DNA from: Gemmatimonadota bacterium
Lineage (GTDB): Bacteria; Gemmatimonadota; Gemmatimonadetes; Gemmatimonadales; GWC2-71-9
Assembly: GCA_040008015.1 (NCBI GenBank)
Contig: JBDTTZ010000248.1
Location: 1 to 37,521, forward strand
DNA length: 37,521 bases
Direction of reading: 5' to 3'
In this document: in pieces, positions 17,385 through 26,247 of the stretch
Layout of the letters: the number at the start of each line of letters is the position of its first letter
Numbering within the stretch: the first letter of the stretch is position 1
Translations under genes and position numbers: made by a program
The notes under the pieces: generated by a model
What the model was told of the DNA's origin: nothing
What the model saw: the letters and a program-made list of their open reading frames with translations, nothing else
Database searches by the model: none

Positions 17385-19888
17385 GCCGGGTACCGGTCCG
17401 TATTCTCCATGTTGATCTGGCCAATGGGCTGCCTGACCTGCCATGGGATCCGACGGCCGCGGCTACCTGGGTGATACTCTGGTGGCGAACCCTTCCATTG
17501 GCGCGACTCGAGTTCGCCTCCCAACAACCCCCGCTGGACGGCGATCTCTGGCGCATTGGGGTTTCCCGGGCCATCGCTCCGGCGGTGGCGGGGTGGTTGA
17601 TGCCGGAGCTGTTCCGGTCGGGCGAATCGTTGCTCGGCATCCGCGAAATGCCGCCCCGGGTCGGTCTGGGGCGTCCCATCCCCACATCTCTCGAGGTCCT
17701 GTCCTCCGCGCTGATCCCTGACAGCGGTGGCTCATCGACAGCCGTGTCGCTGGTGATCTGCACGCGCGACCGTCCCGATGACCTCGCGCGCTGCCTGGAC
17801 TCCGTCCACCAACTCGTGCCCCGTCCGCTGGAGACCATCGTGGTGGACAACGCGCCGGCCACCTCGGCCACCCGCGAGCTCGTGGCGGGCATGGTCAATG
17901 TACGCTACATCCCGGAGCCCCGTCCTGGCCTGAGCCGGGCCCGGAACGCCGGCGTGTGCGCAGCGCGGGGAGACATCGTGGCGTTTACTGATGACGATGT
18001 GCGGGTCACTCCCAACTGGATAGCCGCGGTGGAGCATGGCTTTCGGGAGCCCACGGTCTCGGTGGTGACGGGACTGGTGCTGCCCGCCGAGCTGGAAACC
18101 GAGAGTCAGCTCATCTTCGAACAGGGGTTTGGCGGATTCGGCCAGGGCTTTCATCGTCAGCTGTACGGCAACGGGTTTTTCTGGCACACGCGGGCCTATG
18201 GAGTGCCGGTGTGGCGCATCGGCGCCGGCGCCAGTATGGCGATCCGGCGATCCGCCTTCGAGCGGGTGGGGCTATTCGATGAGCGACTGGGGGCGGGCGC
18301 TGCCGGGTGCAGTGAAGATTCCGAACTCTGGTACCGGGTGCTCGCCGAGGGAGGCCAGTGCTGCTACGACCCTCGCGTCGTGGTGCATCATTACCACCGG
18401 CGGGAGATCCGGGGCCTCCAACGGCAGATGTACCTGTATCTTCGCGGACATGCGGCCGCCTTACTGATCCAGTTCAGTCAGTACCACCACTGGGGAAATC
18501 TGCGTCGGCTGGTCTACGACATTCCCAGCCATCACGCCAAGCTCGTGATCAAGGGCATCCTGCGCCGGACCAAGCATCGCAAGTACCTGCTCGGGTCGGA
18601 AATACGGGGGACCGTGGCCGGGGTATTCTACTTCTTCCAGCGTCGGAAGGACCCGGCCTACTCGCCCACTGGCCAGAGCGCACCCATGGCCAAGGTCGCG
18701 AGCTTCGAGGTCGATGAGCCTGCGGCCGATGTCCCCATCGGGCGCGGATATCAGGAGCTGTGGCTGCTGGCGCGGCAGCGAGGGATTCCTCTGGGGTGGA
18801 TCCAGATGCCGATCCCGCCGGGTTCTCCCGTCATACCTGCAACGGCAGTGCGGGCCCGGCTTCCGCGGCAATGGACCTCCGACCCGGAACCGGTGGGCAA
18901 TCACGGCGGGGCGACACCGCCCATTTCGGTCGTGGTGTGTACCCGTGATCGTCCCGAGCTGCTGCGACGTTTTCTGGAAAGCGCCCGCTGTCTGCGCTAT
19001 CCAAACTGGGAACTCATCGTGGTGGATAACGCGCCGGCCGACAACGCTGCCGCCGAGGTGGCGGCTCAGTTTGAGGTGCGGTACGTGAAGGAAGCGCGTC
19101 CCGGTCTGGACTGGGCGCGCAACCGCGGAATTCATGAAGCGGTACACGGGATTGTCGCGTTTACCGATGATGATGTCCAGGTGGACACCGGCTGGCTCAC
19201 GGCATTGGGGCTGGGGTTTGCCGACCCATCCGTCATGGCTGTCACCGGGCTGGTGGCGCCGCTGGAGCTGGATACTCTGCCCCAGATGTTGTTCGAGCGG
19301 GTGTGTGGTGGCATGGGGAAGGGAATGCAGAGCCGGCTCTACCAGCGCGACCGGCTCCGGCCGACTGATCTCATTCAGACGCAGGCCATCGGTGTCGGCG
19401 CGAACATGGCGTTTCGTCGCACGGTGTTCGAGCGGATTGGCGACTTCGATACCGCGCTGGATGTCGGGACTCCAGCCGGGGGTGGGGGCGATCTCGACAT
19501 CTTCCACCGGGTGCTCGCCGCCGGATTTGTGCTTCGCTACGAGCCCCGGGCGCTGGTATGGCATCGGCACCGGCGCGAGATGAGTGAACTACGTCAACTC
19601 TTCTATAATGACGGGCGGTCCTTCGCGGTGTATCTGGGTAAGCTCTGGCGCACCCGAACGGTTTCCCGCCTGGCGCTCGCGGGCTACACCGTCTGGCGCT
19701 GGGGGCGCTGGCTGGTCGGCCGCATTGTCCTGGGCCTTCTGGGCCGTCACCGACTACCCCTGCCGCTGCTGCTGGCGGGGTTGTGGGGCGCCTTGAGCGG
19801 CCCCGGCGCCTACCGCGCCACCTACCGCAACGATGAGCGGATTCGTGGAGCCGGCCGTGGCCAATTCACATCTCCGGCCGTGGAGTAA
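17381..19888 (+). CDS. Tandem double-GT2 glycosyltransferase
   Basis: Two full sets of [IV]CTRDRP / VVDNAP / ARN / FTDDD / G[AV]GA.MA.RR / FD motifs, each preceded by an accessory module. ATG 17381 (ATGA overlap). Confidence 0.9.
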   Translation: MSRVPVRILHVDLANGLPDLPWDPTAAATWVILWWRTLPLARLEFASQQPPLDGDLWRIGVSRAIAPAVAGWLMPELFRSGESLLGIREMPPRVGLGRPIPTSLEVLSSALIPDSGGSSTAVSLVICTRDRPDDLARCLDSVHQLVPRPLETIVVDNAPATSATRELVAGMVNVRYIPEPRPGLSRARNAGVCAARGDIVAFTDDDVRVTPNWIAAVEHGFREPTVSVVTGLVLPAELETESQLIFEQGFGGFGQGFHRQLYGNGFFWHTRAYGVPVWRIGAGASMAIRRSAFERVGLFDERLGAGAAGCSEDSELWYRVLAEGGQCCYDPRVVVHHYHRREIRGLQRQMYLYLRGHAAALLIQFSQYHHWGNLRRLVYDIPSHHAKLVIKGILRRTKHRKYLLGSEIRGTVAGVFYFFQRRKDPAYSPTGQSAPMAKVASFEVDEPAADVPIGRGYQELWLLARQRGIPLGWIQMPIPPGSPVIPATAVRARLPRQWTSDPEPVGNHGGATPPISVVVCTRDRPELLRRFLESARCLRYPNWELIVVDNAPADNAAAEVAAQFEVRYVKEARPGLDWARNRGIHEAVHGIVAFTDDDVQVDTGWLTALGLGFADPSVMAVTGLVAPLELDTLPQMLFERVCGGMGKGMQSRLYQRDRLRPTDLIQTQAIGVGANMAFRRTVFERIGDFDTALDVGTPAGGGGDLDIFHRVLAAGFVLRYEPRALVWHRHRREMSELRQLFYNDGRSFAVYLGKLWRTRTVSRLALAGYTVWRWGRWLVGRIVLGLLGRHRLPLPLLLAGLWGALSGPGAYRATYRNDERIRGAGRGQFTSPAVE

Positions 19889-19890
19889 TC

Positions 19891-20703
19891 ATGTTCTTCA
19901 AATGGAAGGTTCGTCTCCTCAAGTATCCACGCCTCAATCATCTGTGGCGGTACTGGATGGCTTGGCGAGGTCATGATGTGGGTGCCTATGACCGGCTCCT
20001 CGAGTTCATCAACAATTACGCCCCCGGCAAGAGCTTCGTCGACATCGGCTGCATGTGGGGAGTCAATGGGGCCCATGCCTTCGCGGCCGAGGCGGCGGGC
20101 GCGACCAGCGTCACGGGCGTCGATGTCTTTGGGCCCACCCCGGAGTTCGAGGCCGAGAAAAAAGCCCGAGGTTCCTCCGTCGAGTTCCTGCTTGGCGATG
20201 CCGGCACGCCGGAGATGATCGCTCGCATCGGCCCGGTCGACGTGGTCTTCTGCGCCGGTGTGCTCTACCACCATCCCAGTCCCTTCGATCTTCTGGTCGC
20301 CTTGCGCCGCATGTGCCGGCAGACGCTGATTCTCCGAACCTCGACCATTCCGGAGATTAAGGGTCTGCCCAATGCCGCGGTCTATTTCCCCTACCTTGCC
20401 GCTTCCGACCGCCGGCTTTGGAACCTGTCCAGCCTCGGGTTGCTGAACCAGGTCGGCATTTCGGACGCCTTTGCTCCGGCGCAGGGGTACGGCAACTGGT
20501 TCTGGGGCCTGACCCCCAGCTGCCTGGTTTCCCTGCTCGAAACGGCCGGGTTCCGAGTGGATTTTCGCGCGACCGAACCATTTGCGCAGACCGTGATCTG
20601 CAGTGCGGTTGAGGTCCCGTTTCAGCATTACTTGCCGGGAGAGTCGGAGGCGAGGAAATTGGCGCAGGACATATCCGCATCGGGTGTCCCGAGGCCGGCC
20701 TGA
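19891..20703 (+). CDS. Class I SAM-dependent methyltransferase
   Basis: Motif I FVDIGCMWG, VTGVD and DVVFCAGVLYHHPSP. Confidence 0.85.
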   Translation: MFFKWKVRLLKYPRLNHLWRYWMAWRGHDVGAYDRLLEFINNYAPGKSFVDIGCMWGVNGAHAFAAEAAGATSVTGVDVFGPTPEFEAEKKARGSSVEFLLGDAGTPEMIARIGPVDVVFCAGVLYHHPSPFDLLVALRRMCRQTLILRTSTIPEIKGLPNAAVYFPYLAASDRRLWNLSSLGLLNQVGISDAFAPAQGYGNWFWGLTPSCLVSLLETAGFRVDFRATEPFAQTVICSAVEVPFQHYLPGESEARKLAQDISASGVPRPA

Positions 20704-20919
20704 CCGATGCTCTCCCGCCCAGGATCACTCGCGAGTGGGGTTCACGTGGGAAGGCTGCACCATGAGCGTAGCTCTGGTCACCGGTTCCAAATGATCACGA
20801 TTCTCTCTCTGACCCTTGGGGCGGCAGCCGTCCGGCGCCGGGCCTGTCCCTGCTAACCAATCCGTTGCAGGGTGGGGACACGGTACTGGTAATGGAGACC
20901 ATACGCTACGTCCGACGGA
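20691..20919 (+). pseudogene. Collapsed remnant of a second copy of the 25097-29600 block (epimerase 5' end fused to membrane-protein fragments)
   Basis: 20762 MSVALVTGS matches 25168 MGVVLVTGS. 20790 NDHDSLSDPWGGSR matches 29435 NDHDSLSALWDGNR. 20838-20909 PGLSLLTNPLQGGDTVLVMETIRY is identical in protein to 29522-29593. Confidence 0.9.
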
Positions 20920-21055
20920 AAGCAGGCAATGGGAGGCCGCTCAGTGAGCGTCGCAAGCGCACACCAGGAGATGCTCTCTGGCAAACGCGCGGACGACCTG
21001 GCCCGCAAGTGCATCGCTCCCTGCGTCGATTGTCTCTTTCCCACGGAGTCCTGGC

Positions 21056-24000
21056 GTGAGTTTTTCGATCATCATTCCCGCCTTTAATGCCGGGGCGACT
21101 CTGGGTGAAACCCTAGATTCGCTGCGGGAGCAGACCTTGCCCGACTGGGAGGCCATCGTCGTGAACGATGGGTCTACCGATTCGACTTCCGAGGTCGCGG
21201 CGGCTTACGCGGCAAGAGATCGACGAATCCGGGTGATGACGCAACCTAACACCGGAATGACGACAGCACGAAATGCCGCGCTGCCGTTCGCAGCGAACGA
21301 GTGGATCATTTTTCTCGATGCCGATGACGCAATACCGCCGAGGGCTCTCCAACACTTCGCGGAAGCCGCCTCGGCAGATCCCTATGCGAGGGCGATCTGT
21401 GGCCGGTGGGCCCGCGTGTCACCTGAAAGTGGGATCGTGCTCAACTCATTTGATCCCAATTCGGCCGATCTCTTTTCCTTAGTTGCTCGTTTCTGCCCTT
21501 TCGCGATTCACAGCTGCGCGGTGCATCGGGAGATCATCGCTCGGCTCGGCGGGTTCGATCCGGCCCACCGGCTCTGCGCCGATTGGGATTTCTGGCAGCG
21601 AATGGCACGGATCGGGACCCGGGTGGCGTTCGCCGATTCAACTGTAGCCTACTATCGCATGCGTCCAGGTTCCTCGATCAACAATATCGACGAAATCCTG
21701 GCTGAGGGCCTCGAGATCATTGATCGGGGCCACGGTCCGGATGCACGAATTGAAAGGGCCGATCCGCGCCATGCCGCTGGCTTACCTGGTGAGGGGCTTG
21801 CGCGTGCCAGGCTTGGTTTTACCTGCTGGCAGGCTGGGCTGCAGATTGGCCGTCGAAGGTCGGCGACAAGCCTGCTCCGTCATCTTACCGAAGCGGACCA
21901 CGATCCCGAGCTCCCTCCAGCCCAAGTTGCCGGTGCCATCCATGCGGCGGCCCTGCTCCCCGCCTTACTGACTCCCGACCGTTGGATGGAGCAGTGGGAG
22001 GCCGTTGTCCCCCTCATCGATGGATTTCTCCAGGCGCTGGAGGACCGTGCCGGAGCGCCAGCCCTGGCGCGCCGGTCCAAGCAGGTTCTCGAGCGGCTCA
22101 TCCTCGGAGATACGCCAACCCGGCCGGTAACCGTGGGAGGGCGGCACGCCATTTCCCTCGAGATCACCGAGCCCATGCCTGACCTCGCGATCCCGGGAGG
22201 CATCGAGCGTCTCATCTGTACGCTCACACTCGAAGGAGATGAAATTGGCGAAATCGAGCTGCCGGTCACGGGCCCGACTATCTCCTCCCTGCTCCTCAGT
22301 GATGCAATCGTGGCCCATCACGCCTGGCGAATTCTGGGCCGCTTCATGGCTCGACACATCTACCCTGGACTCACTCAGATCCCGATTGAGTGCGGCGTCC
22401 GAATCAAGCGCGGCAGGGTAACTCTCGCTGACCGGATCGTAGAGCCGGTCGACCCGGCAGGTGCCAAGTTCCATGACGCTGTCGGGTGGACCGTCTTCCT
22501 CCAGGAGGTTTGGGGGCTCCCCGACTGGCCCGGTGATCGCTTTTACCAGGAGACGACGAAGCCGGAAGGACGGAGCTCGCCTGTGGGCCCAGCCGTAACC
22601 CTAGAAGTCAGCAGCCCCATTCCCGATCTCAAAACCACAAAGCCGGTTGAAGTGGAGTGGACGATGGCAGGTGTCCCGGTGTACCTGGGCGTGGTCCAAC
22701 CGGTGGATGGGGAAATCTCTGCGGCTCGCCTCCGCGCGCCATTCACCCAGCAGATGGGGCTGGAGTTGGCCACGGTGGCTGTGCGTGAAGCGCTGGTTGG
22801 GAGGTCGATGGATGACCCGAGAAGCCTACGGGACCGGCTTGCGCAATCCGCTCGGAGAAAAGCGGTGCTCAAAGACCAGGCATTTGAAGAGCCTGAAGTC
22901 GCTGCATCCACCCGGAATCGACTCGGCCCCAGCTGGAGAAGTGCGGTCAGGTTGGCGCGGGCCGAAAGGCCATCGGCGATCTTCGGTCAGCATATAGTGG
23001 GACCGCCGGGGACGAGTGTCTCCCGGCGGGCCCTGCTACCTCTCGCGGCTCGAGCCGAGCTGCTGGAATCCGCGGTTGCCGCCCGGGAGCCGGTCCTGGA
23101 TATCAGACTCGCACTGCGAAGCTCCCTCGTTTACGCTCCCGATCTGTTGTGGCGGCGGGAGCAGGTCACCACCGGAGCCCCCCCTTCTACTCCGCCGCCG
23201 GCGCAGCGACTCGCCGGGGAGGGGTATGACCGGCACTACTTCGAGACTGTCTTCCTGGCGGGGTCAGATCCCTGGCAATACGCAACGCCGTTTGAACAAC
23301 GAAAGTATAAACAGACGCTTTCGCTCATTCCCAAGGTCAAGCCTCAACGCGCGCTGGAGTTGGCGTGCGCGGAGGGGATATTCACCCGCACGCTGGCGCC
23401 GCTGGTCCACCAGCTTCTCGCTACCGACATTTCGGCGGTCGCCCTGGAGCGGGCCCGGACCCGCTGCAGGGGACTGAGTAATGTCGCGTTCCAGCTACTC
23501 GATTTTGCTTCCGATCCAATCCCGGGCCAGTTCGACCTGGTGATCTGCAGCGAGACCCTCTATTACATGCGGGACCGGACGGCCCTGAGTGAGCTGGCTA
23601 CGCGAATCGCGAAGTCGCTTCTTCCGGGAGGTCATTGCATAACGGCTCACTCGACCACCGTCGTGGATGACCCCACCTCGACGGGCCTCGATTGGGATGT
23701 CCCTTTCGGAACCAAGGTGATTGGAGAGGTTTTTGCCGCAACTCCCGGACTCAGGCTGGTCACCGAGCTCCAGACGCCATACTATCGGATCCAGTTGCTC
23801 GCCCGGGCCGATGAATCGGATCACGGGGCGGGGCCGGCTATCGACATCCGCGAGGTACCGGCGGCGCCACTTCCCGAGCACCTCCTCGTCCGCTACCTCG
23901 AGGGTGGCGGACCGGTACGCAAGATTGGCGACCTTGCGGCCCTCACCTACCGGCTTCCAATTCTGCTCTATCATCAAGTCTCAGAGGAAGGGCCCGACTC

Positions 24001-24643
24001 GCTGGCCCGCTACCGGGTGACGCCAAAGGCTTTTGAAGCGCAGATGCAGTATCTCCACCAGGCGGGATTTCGCACGGTGCTCCTGGATGAGTGGCTCGAT
24101 GCGATGCGGCGGCGCCAGCCCCTGACCGGCCGGGCCGTCATCATCACGTTCGATGACGGGTACCGCGATTTCGCGACATACGCCTGGCCGGTGCTTCGAC
24201 GCCACGACTTCGGCGCATATGTTTTCCTGGTCACGGACCGGATTGGACAGCGAAGCGAGTGGACCGCAAGCTACGGCGAGACTGCCCGGCTTCTTGACGG
24301 CGCCGAGATCGTTCGGCTTCACGGTGAAGGAGTTCAGTTCGGTTCACACACCGCGACGCACCCTCATCTGGAAGCCCTGACGCCGACCGGGGTCGTCCGG
24401 GAAGCAGCCCGCTCTCGCGCGGCTCTCCACCGACTCCTGGGCGTTGCCATCACTTCTATTGCCTATCCTCACGGCTCCGAGGATTCTGCCATCCAGCACC
24501 TGGTTGGTGCCTGTGGATACATTTATGGCCTTTCCTGCAGGGAGGGGCTGAGCCAGTTCACGGATCCCCCCCTTGCCCTACCTCGCGTCGAGGTGAAGGG
24601 AGACGATACCCTGGCGGTCTTCATCAGGAAGCTCGGCAGCTGA
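21056..24643 (+). CDS. Multidomain GT2 + NodS-like SAM methyltransferase + NodB-like polysaccharide deacetylase
   Basis: N-terminal SIIIPAFN, VVNDGSTD, FLDADD and ADWDFWQR. Middle DPWQY...EQRKY, LELACAEG and FDLVICSETLYY. C-terminal PILLYHQV, ITFDDGY, GSHTATHP and AYPHG. Confidence 0.9.
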   Translation: MSFSIIIPAFNAGATLGETLDSLREQTLPDWEAIVVNDGSTDSTSEVAAAYAARDRRIRVMTQPNTGMTTARNAALPFAANEWIIFLDADDAIPPRALQHFAEAASADPYARAICGRWARVSPESGIVLNSFDPNSADLFSLVARFCPFAIHSCAVHREIIARLGGFDPAHRLCADWDFWQRMARIGTRVAFADSTVAYYRMRPGSSINNIDEILAEGLEIIDRGHGPDARIERADPRHAAGLPGEGLARARLGFTCWQAGLQIGRRRSATSLLRHLTEADHDPELPPAQVAGAIHAAALLPALLTPDRWMEQWEAVVPLIDGFLQALEDRAGAPALARRSKQVLERLILGDTPTRPVTVGGRHAISLEITEPMPDLAIPGGIERLICTLTLEGDEIGEIELPVTGPTISSLLLSDAIVAHHAWRILGRFMARHIYPGLTQIPIECGVRIKRGRVTLADRIVEPVDPAGAKFHDAVGWTVFLQEVWGLPDWPGDRFYQETTKPEGRSSPVGPAVTLEVSSPIPDLKTTKPVEVEWTMAGVPVYLGVVQPVDGEISAARLRAPFTQQMGLELATVAVREALVGRSMDDPRSLRDRLAQSARRKAVLKDQAFEEPEVAASTRNRLGPSWRSAVRLARAERPSAIFGQHIVGPPGTSVSRRALLPLAARAELLESAVAAREPVLDIRLALRSSLVYAPDLLWRREQVTTGAPPSTPPPAQRLAGEGYDRHYFETVFLAGSDPWQYATPFEQRKYKQTLSLIPKVKPQRALELACAEGIFTRTLAPLVHQLLATDISAVALERARTRCRGLSNVAFQLLDFASDPIPGQFDLVICSETLYYMRDRTALSELATRIAKSLLPGGHCITAHSTTVVDDPTSTGLDWDVPFGTKVIGEVFAATPGLRLVTELQTPYYRIQLLARADESDHGAGPAIDIREVPAAPLPEHLLVRYLEGGGPVRKIGDLAALTYRLPILLYHQVSEEGPDSLARYRVTPKAFEAQMQYLHQAGFRTVLLDEWLDAMRRRQPLTGRAVIITFDDGYRDFATYAWPVLRRHDFGAYVFLVTDRIGQRSEWTASYGETARLLDGAEIVRLHGEGVQFGSHTATHPHLEALTPTGVVREAARSRAALHRLLGVAITSIAYPHGSEDSAIQHLVGACGYIYGLSCREGLSQFTDPPLALPRVEVKGDDTLAVFIRKLGS

Positions 24644-24646
24644 GTC

Positions 24647-25030
24647 ATGACCTGTGAGTTCCTCGTTGATCTGCTGCTCTGCCCGGAGTGTCGCGGTGAG
24701 TTGAATACCTCGCCCGATGTCATCGAGTGCGCCGGTGGCGGCAGGAACTATCCCCAGCCCTCTGACCGATGGGTCGATCTGGTGTCGGATGCTGGGGATC
24801 CCAGGGAGCAGGCCGGGGAATAGCCGAGAAGCTGCCCTTTCGATCACGCAGCTTCGATACGGTGCTTTCGAGGTGGAGTCTCAACCACATCTCGCGGCAG
24901 GAGGAGGCGATCAGTGAAATCATTCGGGTGCTTCGACCGCAGGGCCGGGCCTTGCTCGTCCTGGGAGGACATGCCGCCCCGCTGGGCTGACGTGTTCGAG
25001 AGCGGCTTCTGGTCGCCCGGCGTTCGTGAG
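24647..25030 (+). pseudogene. Decayed Trm112-like + class I methyltransferase gene
   Basis: ATG 24647 gives LLCPECRGEL...IECAGGGRNYP...WVDL, stopping at TAG 24821. A different frame gives GIAEKLPFRSRSFDTVL...SLNHI...EIIRVLRPQGRALLV, followed by another apparent frameshift. The methyltransferase core is largely deleted. Confidence 0.75.
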
Positions 25031-25167
25031 GGCATCTCCCGTCTTCATGCAGTCCACGGAGGAGCTGATAAGGCGCCCCTCCGCCTCGCCCCCCGGGCGA
25101 GCGGCAGACGGATGCTTACCGCGCGGCACCACCAGCGAGCCTCGTTCACCTTGAGAAGGACCCTGCC

Positions 25168-26247
25168 ATGGGCGTAGTTCTGGTCACCGGCTCCAGCGGC
25201 CTGGTCGGCTCCGAAGCGGTCGCGCATTTCTGCGGCCTGGGCCATACCGTGCTGGGGATCGACAACGATATGCGCCGGGTCTTCTTCGGCGATACCGCGT
25301 CCACCGAGTGGAACCGCCGGCAGCTGGAAGATCACTGGGGCAAGCGATTCGAGCACCACAACGTGGACATCCGTGACGCCGCGGCTCTGAGGCGGATTTT
25401 CGAGCGCCATGGGACAGGCATTGAACTCGTCGTTCACGCCGCGGCGCAGCCCTCCCATGACTGGGCGGCGCGGGAGCCACTGACGGATTTCTCGGTGAAT
25501 GCGACGGGGACCCTTAACCTGCTCGAGCAGACCCGGCGTCACTGCCCCGCTGCGGTCTTCGTGTTCTGCTCGACCAACAAGGTCTACGGGGATAATCCGA
25601 ATCTGTTGCCCTTGATCGAGCTGGAACACCGTTGGGAGATCGAGCCGGGACACCGCTACGAGCAGGGTATTGCCGAGTCGATGAGTCTCGACTTCTGCAA
25701 GCATTCGCTGTTCGGGGTTTCCAAGCTTGCGGCGGACATGCTGGTGCAGGAATACGGGCGGTATTTCGGCATGCGGACCGCCGTGTTCCGGGCCGGCTGC
25801 CTCACCGGCTCCGGGCACTCGGGCGCCGAGTTACACGGCTTCCTCTCCTACCTCGCTCGATGCGTCGTCACCGGCACTCCGTACAGCATCTACGGCTACA
25901 AGGGCAAGCAGGTACGAGACAACCTGCACAGCACTGATCTGGTGGCCGCCTTTGCGCGCTTCTTCGACGCACCGCGCATCGCCGAGGTGTACAACATGGG
26001 GGGCGGTCGGTTCAGTAACTGCTCCATGCTCGAAGCGATCTCCATGTGTGAAGAGCTCACCGGGCAGCGGCTCACGACCCGATACGTCGAGGAGAACCGG
26101 AGCGGCGACCACATCTGGTGGATCAGCGACACCCGCCGATTCGAAGACCACTTCCCCGGATGGAAACCGACTCGTGATGTGCGAGCCATCCTGAGTGACA
26201 TCATCGCGCGGAACTCCGACCGCTGGGCTGCCAGGGAACCGGAATGA
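25168..26247 (+). CDS. NAD-dependent nucleotide-sugar epimerase/dehydratase (CDP-paratose/tyvelose 2-epimerase-like extended SDR)
   Basis: Motifs [42 protein letters not shown] and YNMGGG. SD-like AAGGA upstream. Confidence 0.88.
   Translation: MGVVLVTGSSGLVGSEAVAHFCGLGHTVLGIDNDMRRVFFGDTASTEWNRRQLEDHWGKRFEHHNVDIRDAAALRRIFERHGTGIELVVHAAAQPSHDWAAREPLTDFSVNATGTLNLLEQTRRHCPAAVFVFCSTNKVYGDNPNLLPLIELEHRWEIEPGHRYEQGIAESMSLDFCKHSLFGVSKLAADMLVQEYGRYFGMRTAVFRAGCLTGSGHSGAELHGFLSYLARCVVTGTPYSIYGYKGKQVRDNLHSTDLVAAFARFFDAPRIAEVYNMGGGRFSNCSMLEAISMCEELTGQRLTTRYVEENRSGDHIWWISDTRRFEDHFPGWKPTRDVRAILSDIIARNSDRWAAREPE

Noticed and set aside
20920-21055. Further remnant matching the 30010-30098 spacer
   Set aside because: Only scattered 5-8-nt similarities, not distinguishable from chance by eye.
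20865-21059. 64-aa ORF (and the 63-aa ORF 20603-20794) as real small genes
   Set aside because: Their recognisable parts are fragments of the duplication scar.
21056-24643. True Nod-factor biosynthesis
   Set aside because: There is no NodA acyltransferase and the GT2 is not a processive NodC-type membrane enzyme. Only the tailoring chemistry is analogous.
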